Counted from the stretch's first letter, positions 10,155-20,513 are shown. The stretch: DNA of 64,000 nt from Candidatus Heimdallarchaeum endolithica (GCA_021513715.1 CP084167.1:1152001-1216000), one strand, 5' to 3'. The notes: generated by a model not told the origin, from the letters alone. Made by a program: numbers and translations.

Positions 10155-11516
10155 ATGAATGTTTCTAGTGTGGCTAAAGAAAAGCTTATTGAAGAATTAG
10201 TCAAAACTTATGGTAAAAATCTTATTGCAATTTATTCATTTAAAAGAGAGATAAGTAGGTTTAATACTATTTTAAAGGATAAAGAAGGATTAGTTTTAAT
10301 ATTTGATGATAAGGTAAAAACTAGAGAATTAAGAAAGATAGATAGTATCTACGATAAGATACAAGATCAGTTTGGTTGGCCTGACGGAGTAAAAATAGCT
10401 CATTCTTTCTCTCGAGGATATTTAATAAAAGAAACAGATTTATGGAAAATCAATCTTTCTGAACCCAAATACCTTCTTCCTGAAGATATGATTAATCTCA
10501 TTAATACTAAAAAGCTTCTTTATGGGGAAGATGTAATAGAACAAAATCCTCTTCCTTATGAAAAAGAAAAGTTATTATCCTTTCATCTTGGTTTAACACG
10601 CGAAGAAGCAAAAAAAATTGCTCAAAAACATGATAATTTTCTACCTTTAGTTGATCCGTCTATTTGTTGGGCCAGACACAAATTTACAATAAAACATAAA
10701 GTTACTAAAATAATAGAAAAAGAATTTAATAGATTACTAAAAGGAAAAAAACCAAAAAAATTTATTCATATTTATGGTCGATATGGAGGTTCAGGAAAAA
10801 CACAAATAATTTACTCCTTAATTAAAGAATGTAAAAAAAGGAAATTACCATTTATTTATCGTACTGAATTCTGGAAAGATGAAGAAGGAAAATATGTTGA
10901 TAAAGAAGTTGAAGCGAACAAGGCTGAAAATGTTTCTAAATGGATTGCCAACAAATTAAAACTTAACAAAACGATTATTTTTCTAGATGAAGTAGACATT
11001 GACCTAAAATTACTTGATACACTTCTAGATCAACAGTCAAAATCTGAATTAAACTATTTTATAGTTAGTGGTGCAAAAGAGTTACCAGAGTTTCTAAACG
11101 ATTCATTTAATATCTTTGACATAAGCACAAAATATCAGTTTAGTAAAAAAGATTACAGAAAAATATTAAACAAGTTGATCGAACTTTCCAAAATTCCAGA
11201 TAAGATTTTTCCAAATGAAAGTAGAAAAATTATCGTAAATTACTCAAGATTTTGGAATCATTTAAGCTTCAGGAGAAGCCCAGCAGCAGTAATACTAGCA
11301 ACCTCTTTGTCCCTATGTGAAGCTATAAAAAAATATGAAAAGACCAACAAGGAAATTTTAGTTCATCCTCAAATTGCCAGGAAATGGAGCATTTTTGCAA
11401 CGTCTCCTCTTTTCCAACAATATGATGAAACTCATGATGTTCATGCAGAATTTTTTATCTATGATGGAGAAAAATATACGGATATAGACCCCTTTTACAA
11501 CCACTCTGTACCTTAA
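10155..11516 (+). CDS. P-loop (AAA-like) ATPase with degenerate nucleotidyltransferase-like N-terminus
   Basis: Walker A GRYGGSGKT, Walker B IIFLDEVD; N-terminal YGKNLIAIYSF...LVLIFDD...KLLYGEDV pattern. Confidence 0.6.
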   Translation: MNVSSVAKEKLIEELVKTYGKNLIAIYSFKREISRFNTILKDKEGLVLIFDDKVKTRELRKIDSIYDKIQDQFGWPDGVKIAHSFSRGYLIKETDLWKINLSEPKYLLPEDMINLINTKKLLYGEDVIEQNPLPYEKEKLLSFHLGLTREEAKKIAQKHDNFLPLVDPSICWARHKFTIKHKVTKIIEKEFNRLLKGKKPKKFIHIYGRYGGSGKTQIIYSLIKECKKRKLPFIYRTEFWKDEEGKYVDKEVEANKAENVSKWIANKLKLNKTIIFLDEVDIDLKLLDTLLDQQSKSELNYFIVSGAKELPEFLNDSFNIFDISTKYQFSKKDYRKILNKLIELSKIPDKIFPNESRKIIVNYSRFWNHLSFRRSPAAVILATSLSLCEAIKKYEKTNKEILVHPQIARKWSIFATSPLFQQYDETHDVHAEFFIYDGEKYTDIDPFYNHSVP

Positions 11517-11742
11517 TTAACCAAAAATATTAACTTATTTTTTTATAAAAGTAGAAAAAAAGAAACGAATTAATATTATTTTTACTGATTATACTTTACA
11601 TAATACTCTCTTTTAGACTTAAAATACAAAGTTATTTGCAAGAACAAGAACTTATATTTCATATGATATTTAATTTTAATTCTTCTTTCTTTTTTTAAGG
11701 TGAAAGAATGTTTAATTAACGAATCATCATTTAGAAATTTAA

Positions 11743-12758
11743 AGGATGTCCAAAAATTAATTTTTATTAATGTGGAGATTTATGTCGGAATTATAACTTA
11801 CTTTCAGATTTTAGACCCCCAAAAAGTAAGAGAATTCATAATCATTAATGAACCTTTCCTTAAGAAACTGGTGAAGAGGAAACGAGAAAAAGTAAGAGAG
11901 GGAGAAAGGGAATAGTAGAGAGATGGGTGATATTAGCAATAGCAATCATTGCGAGAATAGAAGGAATAGCCTAGAGGAAATTAGAAGAAAAAATGTCTTT
12001 ATGCGCTTTTTTGATAGAAGAGGAGTGGATGAAGAAGATTCCTTTTAAATCTATTTTTCATGCAGTATGGAGAGCGACAGAAAATAAAATCCTAGAGCAG
12101 TGGATAATAGATTTAGGGGAGAAATAGTGAAAAAAAAGGGTTGAAAGCTATGGCTGTAGATAGTTCAGGTTTTAAAATTCGTCAAGTTTCTGTTTGGCGT
12201 TTTCTCAAATGTCCAAGAGGGGTACTAAAGAGAACCTCCCAACTAAACTTTTCTGGAACATACACCTTATAGTTGGTTTACCCTCCAGAGCTATAGTCTC
12301 TCTAGCTCATTCTGCTAGTAACACTCACGATGGTAAAGTCTTCGGTTTGCTATGGCAGAAACTTCCTTCTGTACTCTTGAGACCTTTCTTGAGATTCTAT
12401 GGAGACTGTGCCTACTAGACAGAAAATATCGTCGATCTTCTTAGCCAACATTCCTTTTTCCTTGTTATTTATTATTCCCCCAAAAAGTAATGCTCGTTAT
12501 CCCTCTCCTCCTCCCCTCGGGCCAATAGTTCAAGCTCATCGTTTCTACCTTGGTCTGTATAGTCGTAATCATCAACCGGAGTATCGTAGTAGTATTGAAC
12601 ATGTCTTTGGTTTAGTCTCCTCAAACTCTCTCTTCCCCTGATCCTTGATCTCTTACCCTCCACCTTTCTCTCTACTCTTTATAGTTCTCTCCTCTGTTAC
12701 AACTACCTTTTACTCCTTCGTACCGTTTAGTAGTTGAAAAAGAATTTTTGGACATGCT
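11743..12758 (+). mobile_element. degenerate IS5-family element (copy 1), transposase pseudogene
   Basis: colinear with intact copies at 37008 and 53294; left TIR mutated (AGGATGTCCAAAAATT); Trp codons changed to TAG at 11972 and 12416, plus frameshifts. Confidence 0.93.
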
Positions 12759-12811
12759 TAATTTACAAAGATAGCGACAATTTTTATAAACAAGTAATAA
12801 AACAAACAGTT

Positions 12812-14230
12812 ATGTCAAATGAAAAAAAAGTTACTTCGCTAGAAACAGAAGTGGAGGTAGAATCTAACACTTCTTGGCTAAATGTTTTCAAATGGAGCAT
12901 GTATGATTTAGCGAATACTATATACAGCATGGTTATTGTTTCACTAATAATCAACCGCTACGTTTTAATCATTGGACAACTTGAAAACGGTCTTAACTAC
13001 CAAAAAGCTAATGCCATCTTTAGTGGTGTTGTTTCTGCGATGCAAATCATAATTGCTTTTAGCATGCCTGTGATGGGAGCTATAAGCGATTCAGCAGGAA
13101 AACGAAAACCATTTGTAGTAGGGTTAACATTTGCAATACTCATATTTGCTAGCCTTTTAGGCTTTTGGCACAATTTAACACTGGTACTGATATTTTATGT
13201 TATTGCTAATATTAGTTATCAATGGAGTCTTGCCTACTATGACGCAATGTTAGCATTTATAGCTGCACCTAAAGATGTTGGTAAAGTTGGAGCTTTTGGT
13301 GTAGCTTTTGGATACTTTGGTACTTTGCTATCTTTACCAGTGATGATTATCTGTGAAAGTATATGGGGAACACCAATAAGTCAATTACCCAAAGTGGCTG
13401 AAATAGCATCCTACAAACCTCCTGTGCAGTTACAGTATGGTTATTATGGATCTCCTTGGCCATTCTTAATTGCTATGGGTATGTTTCTTGTATTTGCAAT
13501 ACCTTTCTTATTTGTTAAAGAAAGGCAGAAAAAAGGTGAAAAACCTCCTACTATGCAGCTGATAAAGCAAGCATTTACGCAACTGAAGACAACATTCAAA
13601 GAAATCAAGACTCACCGAGAGATGTTCATTTTTATTATTGGTTACTTCTTATTCGTCGACGCTGCAAATGTAATAGTTTCATATATGTTTCCAATTGTCA
13701 GAGACGGATTATTAATGTCCGAGACATTTGGAATGGTATTCATTGTGCTTTCTACAATTTCTGCAGTAATATTTACTTACTTTGTAGGCATGTTTGCAGA
13801 TAAAAAAGGAGCTAAAAGTGCATTTTTCCTGGTGGGTGGACTCTGGATTGCTGCAGTCATAATCGGGTTCATAGGGATAATGTTGTGGTCTCCAGTAGTA
13901 ATTGGAGCAAATTTGCCTTTCATAATGATAATCTTGATGGGAGTATTAGCAGGACCAGCACTAGGAGGAACATGGGTTTGTCAACGAGCTATGATCGCAA
14001 CACTTGCACCTAAAGAGAAGTTTGGAGAATACTTCGGCTTTTCTAAATTCAGCGGAAAACTAAGTTCTGCAGTAGGTCCTTTAATATGGGGCGCTACATT
14101 TTTGATCTTCTATAAATCATGGAACTACAAAACATACGCTTTAGCATTACTGTTAATAGGTATAATGTTAGTAATAGGTTTGGCAATTATCGCTATGGTC
14201 AAACCTAAAAAAGCTGCAAGAAATTACTAG
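12812..14230 (+). CDS. MFS transporter (UMF1/ATG22-like)
   Basis: WSMYDLANTIYS, GAISDSAGKRKPF, GEYFGF; start set at ATG 12812 because the ORF-track start lies inside the IS end. Confidence 0.9.
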   Translation: MSNEKKVTSLETEVEVESNTSWLNVFKWSMYDLANTIYSMVIVSLIINRYVLIIGQLENGLNYQKANAIFSGVVSAMQIIIAFSMPVMGAISDSAGKRKPFVVGLTFAILIFASLLGFWHNLTLVLIFYVIANISYQWSLAYYDAMLAFIAAPKDVGKVGAFGVAFGYFGTLLSLPVMIICESIWGTPISQLPKVAEIASYKPPVQLQYGYYGSPWPFLIAMGMFLVFAIPFLFVKERQKKGEKPPTMQLIKQAFTQLKTTFKEIKTHREMFIFIIGYFLFVDAANVIVSYMFPIVRDGLLMSETFGMVFIVLSTISAVIFTYFVGMFADKKGAKSAFFLVGGLWIAAVIIGFIGIMLWSPVVIGANLPFIMIILMGVLAGPALGGTWVCQRAMIATLAPKEKFGEYFGFSKFSGKLSSAVGPLIWGATFLIFYKSWNYKTYALALLLIGIMLVIGLAIIAMVKPKKAARNY

Positions 14231-14240
14231 AGGGATTAAA

Positions 14241-14765
14241 ATGAATAAGAAAATAAAAATATTAATTATTGGTTGGTTCATAGGTTTAATAAGCGTTGTA
14301 CCAGTTCTCGCTCTTGAAAGAAATCTATTTAACAATACAGAAACCATGCCTCAAAACAGTTACTACGGTTTAAGACTTGTAGTAGAAAAAGACAATACCT
14401 ATTATCTTAAGGTAAATAGCACACAAAACATCGATTTGTTAATTCTAGATGAAGACAATTTCTTAAATTACAATTCTACATTCTATAGTGAACCAAAAAC
14501 ATATACTACAGAACACCTTTATACAAATACTTCTCAAGTGGAACTTAATATCACGAAGACAGAAGATGTAATTCGCTACATCGTAGTAGAAAATGCAAAC
14601 CTTACACTTAATGGTGCCATCTCAACGGGAGAAATCGATGTAACAATTTCACTTAGTTTAATTCTTACTTCGAAAGTACCAGGTTACACAATAGCTATTA
14701 CTCTATCAGGATTGATACTAGTTAGTGGATTACTTACTCTCAGAAAAAGGAGAAAATCTATTTAA
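14241..14765 (+). CDS. exported surface protein with PGF-CTERM-like sorting signal
   Basis: signal peptide, several N-x-S/T sequons, C-terminal VPGY + TM helix + RKRRK. Confidence 0.7.
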   Translation: MNKKIKILIIGWFIGLISVVPVLALERNLFNNTETMPQNSYYGLRLVVEKDNTYYLKVNSTQNIDLLILDEDNFLNYNSTFYSEPKTYTTEHLYTNTSQVELNITKTEDVIRYIVVENANLTLNGAISTGEIDVTISLSLILTSKVPGYTIAITLSGLILVSGLLTLRKRRKSI

Positions 14766-14882
14766 TTAAGCACTCTTTTCCTTTTTTTTTCTTCTATATT
14801 AATTTTAACATCTGCTTTTTAGAAATAAATAAAATTGATCTTTTTTATTTAAATTTTAATTTATCGTCTTAGAGCAAAGCTT

Positions 14883-14903
14883 ATATGTAGATTTTCTACA
14901 TAT
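14883..14903. promoter_or_regulatory. palindrome ATATGTAGA-TTT-TCTACATAT, candidate PadR operator
   Basis: perfect 9-bp inverted repeat overlapping TATA-like CTTATAT upstream of the copD-like/padR pair. Confidence 0.6.
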
Positions 14904-14930
14904 TGATTAACAACATAATCAGGTGAGTTT

Positions 14931-15410
14931 ATGGCAAATTGGGTAGTTATAGGAATAGTATCAGCATTACACGATCTATTTACAGCTATGTGGATAGGTG
15001 GAATGTTGGCTTTACTGCTTGCAGTTTTACCAGCTGTAAGAATAACAATAGAAAAAGAACAAGAAAGGAAGAAATTATTAGAAAATATAAAGAAGAAGCT
15101 AAGTATAACTACATACGTTAGCATTATTGGGCTAGCTATAACTGGTTTACTGCTAGGAAAAGCTTCTTCAAATTTCGAAGGTTTAATGAGTTTTAGTACA
15201 AATTATGGAACAATGCTATCAATAAAGCATATAATTGTAATATTTATGGTAATAATAGCATTATTTAGGAGTATATTTATTAAGAAAATCGCTTTTAAAA
15301 ATAAAAAAGTTGCAGAGAAACTTAATTTCATTCTCTTAGTTGTAAATATTGTTTTTGGAATAACTATTCTCATTTTAAGTGGTTTAATTGCGAGAATGCC
15401 AGGAAGTTAG
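14931..15410 (+). CDS. CopD-family membrane protein
   Basis: LHDLFTAMWIGG, ITG, YGTMLSIKH. Confidence 0.75.
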   Translation: MANWVVIGIVSALHDLFTAMWIGGMLALLLAVLPAVRITIEKEQERKKLLENIKKKLSITTYVSIIGLAITGLLLGKASSNFEGLMSFSTNYGTMLSIKHIIVIFMVIIALFRSIFIKKIAFKNKKVAEKLNFILLVVNIVFGITILILSGLIARMPGS

Positions 15411-15469
15411 TCAACCACAAAATTCTTTTTTACCTTTTTTATTTTACAAACAATATTGAGTTGTAAGGA

Positions 15470-15853
15470 ATGAAAGAAAAATACACAGAAAAAGATGAAA
15501 ATAACTCCTTATTATCCAAGTTTAAAACTATTGAAAGTTTACCCATCACAAGAACACTTATTCTTATCTGTTTACAAAAACAACCAAATTCATCAGGTTA
15601 TTCATTAATTAAGAGTATTAGAAATTTGACAAATGATCTTGTGAAATTGAAATCTGGAACTTTATATCCTGAATTAAGGAAATTAGAGAATGAAGGACTG
15701 GTTATTTCTGTTTTAACAGAGGATAAAAGAAAAACAAGATTATACCAAATTACTGATGAAGGAAAGAAAAAATTAGACGAACTAATAAACCTTATAGAAT
15801 TAAGAATTAATAATGTTTTACAACCGATTATTAATGAATATAAGAAAAACTAA
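15470..15853 (+). CDS. PadR-family transcriptional regulator
   Basis: SGYSLIK, SGTLYPELRKLENEGLV, RLYQITDEGK. Confidence 0.92.
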   Translation: MKEKYTEKDENNSLLSKFKTIESLPITRTLILICLQKQPNSSGYSLIKSIRNLTNDLVKLKSGTLYPELRKLENEGLVISVLTEDKRKTRLYQITDEGKKKLDELINLIELRINNVLQPIINEYKKN

Positions 15854-15855
15854 TT

Positions 15856-16161
15856 TTATTCTAAAGCTTTTACTTTATCTTCCATTATTCTAGGTTTATC
15901 TTTTCTATCATCTATTTTTAATGTTGTTACTACTCTTTTACAGCCCACTTTAAACAGAGATTCGTGTGCCTTTTTTGTTACTTTTAGAATTGTGTCTATG
16001 TCATCAGCTTCGATATTTGTCCCCATAGAATGATGTTCTACCCTTATGTTAGGAAATGATTCAATTACATTTACTGCTTCTTGAACATATTTTGAAAGGC
16101 TTACTCCTTCACCAACTGGAGAAATTACAAGTTCTGCAATGACCTTCATTTTTCTTTTCAT
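15856..16161 (-). CDS. MTH1187/YkoF family thiamine-binding protein
   Basis: ISPVGEGVSLSKYV, SMGTNIE, RVVTTLKIDDRKDK. Confidence 0.9.
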   Translation of the reverse strand: MKRKMKVIAELVISPVGEGVSLSKYVQEAVNVIESFPNIRVEHHSMGTNIEADDIDTILKVTKKAHESLFKVGCKRVVTTLKIDDRKDKPRIMEDKVKALE

Positions 16162-16252
16162 ATTTCAAAGCTATACTTCAATTTTATTTATCTTTCTTTT
16201 TCTCTCTTTTTCTATCTCTTTTCCAATAGACTTATATAATAGCTAAAAATTC

Positions 16253-16279
16253 GTAACACGAATTAAAAAAAGGTGTTAC
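16253..16279. promoter_or_regulatory. palindrome GTAACAC-N13-GTGTTAC, candidate NikR-type operator
   Basis: perfect 7-bp inverted repeat with 13-nt spacer, downstream of TATA-like CTTATATAA and overlapping the SD of the cbiM/nikM gene. Confidence 0.65.
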
Positions 16280-16281
16280 TC

Positions 16282-17277
16282 GTGCACATGCCAGATGGAA
16301 TCTTACCATTAGGACAAGCGATTGTCTATTTAGTAATAGCTGTTATCATGATACTAGTTGCCATATGGCAAAGTAGATCAAGATTAACTATGAAACAAAT
16401 TCCTCTTATAGGAGTTTTAGCTGCAGGATTATTTGCTGCTCAGATGTTTAACTTTCCTGTTCCCTTCGGTTCAAGTGGGCACTTAATAGGAACAGCTTTA
16501 GCTACAACTTTAGTAGGCCCCTGGGTTGCTATGCTCATCATTTCTTCAATACTCATTGTTCAAGCGATGTTTGGTGATGGAGGTTTCTTAGCTTACGGAG
16601 CTAATGTTATTAACATGGCCATAATTGGAGCTCTTACTACTTATGCAATTTACTATTTCCTTCCAAAAAAATGGAAAGAAGATAGGAAAAAACTAGCAAT
16701 TGCTTCAGGTTTCGCTGCATTCTTTTCTACAATATTTATGGCCTTTTTTGCATCAATTGAACTTACTCTTGCTCAAAGTGCTGCAGCAGGTCTTATATTC
16801 TCTTGGATGTTAATCTTACATTCGATAATCGGTGTAGCAGAGGGTTTAATTACTTTTGCAATAGTATTCTTTGTATTTAGAGCAGAGCCAAGTTTATTTG
16901 AAGATGCAAAGAGTGCTTTATTCTTCACTAAAAAAGCTGACTTTGAAACTGAACCCAAATTTAGGATACCTATTTGGGCTGGAATTGCCACTTTTGCTTC
17001 TTTTGCTGTCATGTCTATTTTTGGAATAGTAGCTAGTAGTAATCCTGATGGACTTGAAAAAACTTTTGAAGTTCTTGCAGATAACGGAATAGATGTTACT
17101 GTTCTTGAATCAGGAATATTCGGTTTTCCTGAAGGATTAGGATGGGATATTCTTTCCATGGCAATTGTAATGATTATACTCTTCTTCGTACTAATTGGTT
17201 TCAGTTATTTACTCTACAGATTTCGACTCTATAAGTTCAAGAAGGGAAAACAAACAGTTCAAGAGAACAGTGAATAA
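16282..17277 (+). CDS. cbiM: ECF Ni/Co transporter substrate component CbiM/NikM fused to PDGLE domain
   Basis: MHMPDG N-terminus (GTG start at 16282), QMFNFP, SSGHLIG, GDGG, C-terminal ASSNPDGLE. Confidence 0.9.
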   Translation: MHMPDGILPLGQAIVYLVIAVIMILVAIWQSRSRLTMKQIPLIGVLAAGLFAAQMFNFPVPFGSSGHLIGTALATTLVGPWVAMLIISSILIVQAMFGDGGFLAYGANVINMAIIGALTTYAIYYFLPKKWKEDRKKLAIASGFAAFFSTIFMAFFASIELTLAQSAAAGLIFSWMLILHSIIGVAEGLITFAIVFFVFRAEPSLFEDAKSALFFTKKADFETEPKFRIPIWAGIATFASFAVMSIFGIVASSNPDGLEKTFEVLADNGIDVTVLESGIFGFPEGLGWDILSMAIVMIILFFVLIGFSYLLYRFRLYKFKKGKQTVQENSE

Positions 17278-17343
17278 TCTTAAAAAAAGTAAGAGTTAAT
17301 AACTCTTTATTTTTTTCCTTTATAAGTAAAAAGAGAATAAGCA

Positions 17344-18126
17344 ATGAACAATACCAGATTTTTATTTCCATTTAGTGACAAGAAAAAACAGAGAATTTTC
17401 TCTTCTGTTGCACTGCTTATTTTTACCATTTTAGTTATTGTTCTGTTCTTATTAAGTAATAATTTATTTAACATCCTTATTATTTACTTGAGCACCTTAA
17501 TTTTCTTTTTATCTATCAAAGCTTCATTTTTAAGAACTATAAAGCTCATAGTTCCTGCTTCAGTTCTAATTTTCTTTTTGGGTATTCCTGCATTATTCTT
17601 AAAACTCGGAGAAATTATTTATTCTAATTCTTTTATAGGCATTAACTTTGAGATTTTTTCTGGTGGGTTAAACAGGGCTTTATTTATTTGGGTCAGAGGT
17701 ATTTTCTCTGTCTCTGTAATTACCCTTTATACAACTTGTGTAACTATGCAAGAATTTATTCAAAGTCTCCGTAGTCTTTTTTTTCCAAATGTTATTGTTA
17801 CTATCATTTTACTTATGTTACGTTATACTCCTCTTTTAGTTGAAGAAGGAGAAAACATTCGTATTGCTCAAAAAATGAGAGGATTAGATTCTGCATCTAG
17901 AAAAAGGAAATTTCAAGCTGCAGCTGCTTTGATGGGGGGAATTCTTATAAAATCCATTAAACATGGTACAGAGGTCTATGAAGCAATGGTTCTTCGAGGT
18001 TTAGAAGACAATTTGCTTATAAAGAGAGAAAAAATAACGATTTCAGATTTTCTTTTTCTTATTTTCATTACTCCTTTGTTTTGCCTAGTATCAGGAGGTA
18101 TTATACAAATATGCATCATGAAATAG
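17344..18126 (+). CDS. cbiQ: ECF transporter T component CbiQ/NikQ
   Basis: MLRY, AQKMRG, YEAMVLRG motifs; operon position. Confidence 0.88.
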   Translation: MNNTRFLFPFSDKKKQRIFSSVALLIFTILVIVLFLLSNNLFNILIIYLSTLIFFLSIKASFLRTIKLIVPASVLIFFLGIPALFLKLGEIIYSNSFIGINFEIFSGGLNRALFIWVRGIFSVSVITLYTTCVTMQEFIQSLRSLFFPNVIVTIILLMLRYTPLLVEEGENIRIAQKMRGLDSASRKRKFQAAAALMGGILIKSIKHGTEVYEAMVLRGLEDNLLIKREKITISDFLFLIFITPLFCLVSGGIIQICIMK

Positions 18127-18830
18127 TATTTGACAATGTTTTTTTTGAATATCCGGACAAATCTTTTGCGTTAAAGAATCTTTCTTTTACAATTAATATT
18201 GGTGAAAAATTCGCTATTTGTGGGAACAATGGCGCTGGTAAAACCACCCTATTAAGATTACTTCTTGGACTTGAATTTCATCAGAAGGGAAAAATAAAAG
18301 TCCAAGAACTTGAGTTGAATAGAGATACAGTTAGAGAAATTAGAAAGAGAATAGGATTTGTATTTCAAAATCCTGATTCACAAGTTTTTTCTGCAAGTGT
18401 ATATGAAGATGTAGCTTTTGGTCCTAGAAACTTGGGTTTTTCTGAAGAAGAAGTAGAAGAGAAAGTAGAAAGAGCTTTAGAAATTGTTGATTTATCTGAA
18501 TACAAAGAACATTCTCCTTTTAGGCTCTCTTTTGGGCAAAGGAAAAGGGTAGCTATTGCAGGCGTTTTAGTAATGGATCCTGCAATAATAATTTTAGATG
18601 AACCTTTTGCCAATATTGATTATCCAACTAGAAGGTCTTTGCAAAGGATTTTAGAAAAAGATGTAATTGAAAAAGGAAAAACATTAATTTTCACTAGTCA
18701 TTCTAGATTATTAATTGAAAATTGGTCTGATAATGTTTTATTTCTAAATAAGGGTGTGAAGTTATTCGTTGGTTCATCCTCTAAATTATCAGATTTTCCA
18801 GAAACAGAAAAATTTCTAGGTAAATTCTAA
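18111..18830 (+). CDS. cbiO: ECF transporter ATPase CbiO/NikO
   Basis: GNNGAGKTT, FQNPDSQVF, LSFGQRKRVAIAG, ILDEP. Confidence 0.92.
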   Translation: MHHEIVFDNVFFEYPDKSFALKNLSFTINIGEKFAICGNNGAGKTTLLRLLLGLEFHQKGKIKVQELELNRDTVREIRKRIGFVFQNPDSQVFSASVYEDVAFGPRNLGFSEEEVEEKVERALEIVDLSEYKEHSPFRLSFGQRKRVAIAGVLVMDPAIIILDEPFANIDYPTRRSLQRILEKDVIEKGKTLIFTSHSRLLIENWSDNVLFLNKGVKLFVGSSSKLSDFPETEKFLGKF

Positions 18831-18873
18831 AAGATAAAACAAAATAGAAAAGAAAAAGAAATGGAAATTTTTC

Positions 18874-19110
18874 TTAATCGTCATAAACTATCAAATCTGC
18901 TATTTCTGGATATTTTTTTGGAGTTGTTTCTAGGTTTCTATAGATCCAAAGAGCATAAGTCCTATACATTAGATGAGCAAGTTTTGAAAATGGAGCGAAA
19001 ATAATCATTTCTACAACAAAAATTACATATGATTTGACTTTACTAAGATCTACTTCAGTTATTATTATCACTTCGTTTTCTTGTTTACTCAAAAAAAAGA
19101 TTAGACACAA
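18874..19110 (-). pseudogene. remnant resembling the C-terminus of a NarI/QmoC-like membrane redox subunit
   Basis: FAPFSKLAHLMYR motif preceded by non-homologous sequence; last ORF of the sulfur operon. Confidence 0.45.
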
Positions 19111-19213
19111 GAGTTTTTTTGCTTTTTATCATTTATTAAATAAAACAATTAATTATTTTATAAAATAAATCAGTAATAAAATGTGAAGAATAGTTTTTTA
19201 ATAGAGTACAGTA

Positions 19214-19636
19214 TCATTTTTTATATTTCTTCTTAACTTCTTGGAATTTTTCTTCACATTTTTCTTTTGTCAAATTATCCATTGCATTAGTCATATTTTC
19301 AATGATTGAATTCAGAGTGTTTTTTACAAAATTTCTTAATTCTTCCATTGGGAGACTACTATAAAGGAATTGATATCCTCCTTTTTCTAGATTTTCTTTT
19401 TCTTTTCGTACAACACCAATACCCATCAGTCTAGAAATTGATCTGGATATGGTGGCTCTATCCTTGGGTAGTATCTCAGTAATTCTAGCAATACTCACAA
19501 GCTGTAAGTGATTAATACAAGCTAAAACATCTATTTCATTATCTGTTAGAGCAAAAAGATTCTTTATTACATCAAAGCAAGTTATATCTTTTGATAACAA
19601 CGAATTAAGTGAGAGAGACATTATTTTCCACTTCAT
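19214..19636 (-). CDS. TrmB/MarR-like HTH transcriptional regulator
   Basis: ITCFDVIKNLFALT, KDRATISRSISRLMGIGVV, GGYQFLY. Confidence 0.85.
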   Translation of the reverse strand: MKWKIMSLSLNSLLSKDITCFDVIKNLFALTDNEIDVLACINHLQLVSIARITEILPKDRATISRSISRLMGIGVVRKEKENLEKGGYQFLYSSLPMEELRNFVKNTLNSIIENMTNAMDNLTKEKCEEKFQEVKKKYKK

Positions 19637-20022
19637 TAGAATGATATTGTTGAGCTAGCTTCAAGCGACTCTTTTACTAAAGTCATAGCCCCTACAATTC
19701 CATCTATTTCTTCTATAAAATCATTTTTATTAAGTTTATTCCATTCTAGAACAGGAGTGCAAACATATATTTGTACACCTGCTTCTTTAGCCTCTCTAAT
19801 TGTTTCTATCAGTGGTTGTCTTCCTTCTTGGTGAACTAGATTTTCAGCTACTCCCTTCTTTAGTAACAATCTTGCTTTAGCAGTATAAAACATTTTAACT
19901 TCAGCGTCTAGTAGAGCAGCCATAGTTGCAATGTGAAGAGGAGGTTCCAAAGTTTCTTTACTTTCTTCTCTCTTAGTAACAATAATAATCATTTTCTTCT
20001 TTTGTTCAGACATTCTTATCAC
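19636..20022 (-). CDS. DsrE-family protein
   Basis: EAGVQIYVC, GIVGA motif, ends TISF. Confidence 0.85.
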   Translation of the reverse strand: MIRMSEQKKKMIIIVTKREESKETLEPPLHIATMAALLDAEVKMFYTAKARLLLKKGVAENLVHQEGRQPLIETIREAKEAGVQIYVCTPVLEWNKLNKNDFIEEIDGIVGAMTLVKESLEASSTISF

Positions 20023-20027
20023 TTAAG

Positions 20028-20510
20028 TTAAATATACAGAGTAATATCAGCTTCTGATGCAAATTGTAGGAATGTTGCAGCTCCTCCGACTTCTATTTCA
20101 TCAATCAATTCTTCTTTTTTAACTTTCATTACATCCATTGTCATTTGGCAAGCGATCATTTTCACTCCAGCTTCTATAGACAGTTCTCTTAACTCTTCTA
20201 AAGAAACAACATTTGCTTTTTTCATCCAATTTTTCATCATTGTAGTTGCTATGTCAGTCATTCCAGGTATTATTCCTACAATCTGTGGAATGGGTTTAGG
20301 CATTGCTGTTTCTCCTACTGGAGTAATTTTTACCTTCTTCAATCCCTTTTTCTTAAGTAAATTAAGCCCAAAGAAAGTGAAGAATATTGATACTTCATAA
20401 TCCATTGCAGCAGCTGTAGAAGCTAGAATAAATGGAGGATAGGCATCAGCTAAATTAGCTTTAGAAGCAATTATAGCTATTTTTTTCTTTTTTTCACTCA
20501 TTTTTTTCAC
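20028..20510 (-). CDS. DsrE2-like sulfur relay protein
   Basis: AYPPFILASTAAAM, IFFTFFGL, IACQMTMD, GAATFL. Confidence 0.92.
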   Translation of the reverse strand: MKKMSEKKKKIAIIASKANLADAYPPFILASTAAAMDYEVSIFFTFFGLNLLKKKGLKKVKITPVGETAMPKPIPQIVGIIPGMTDIATTMMKNWMKKANVVSLEELRELSIEAGVKMIACQMTMDVMKVKKEELIDEIEVGGAATFLQFASEADITLYI

Positions 20511-20513
20511 CTG

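Noticed and set aside
11700-12663. Short ORFs 11700-11915, 12194-12418, 12399-12641, 12472-12663
   Set aside because: Fragments or shadows of the decayed transposase
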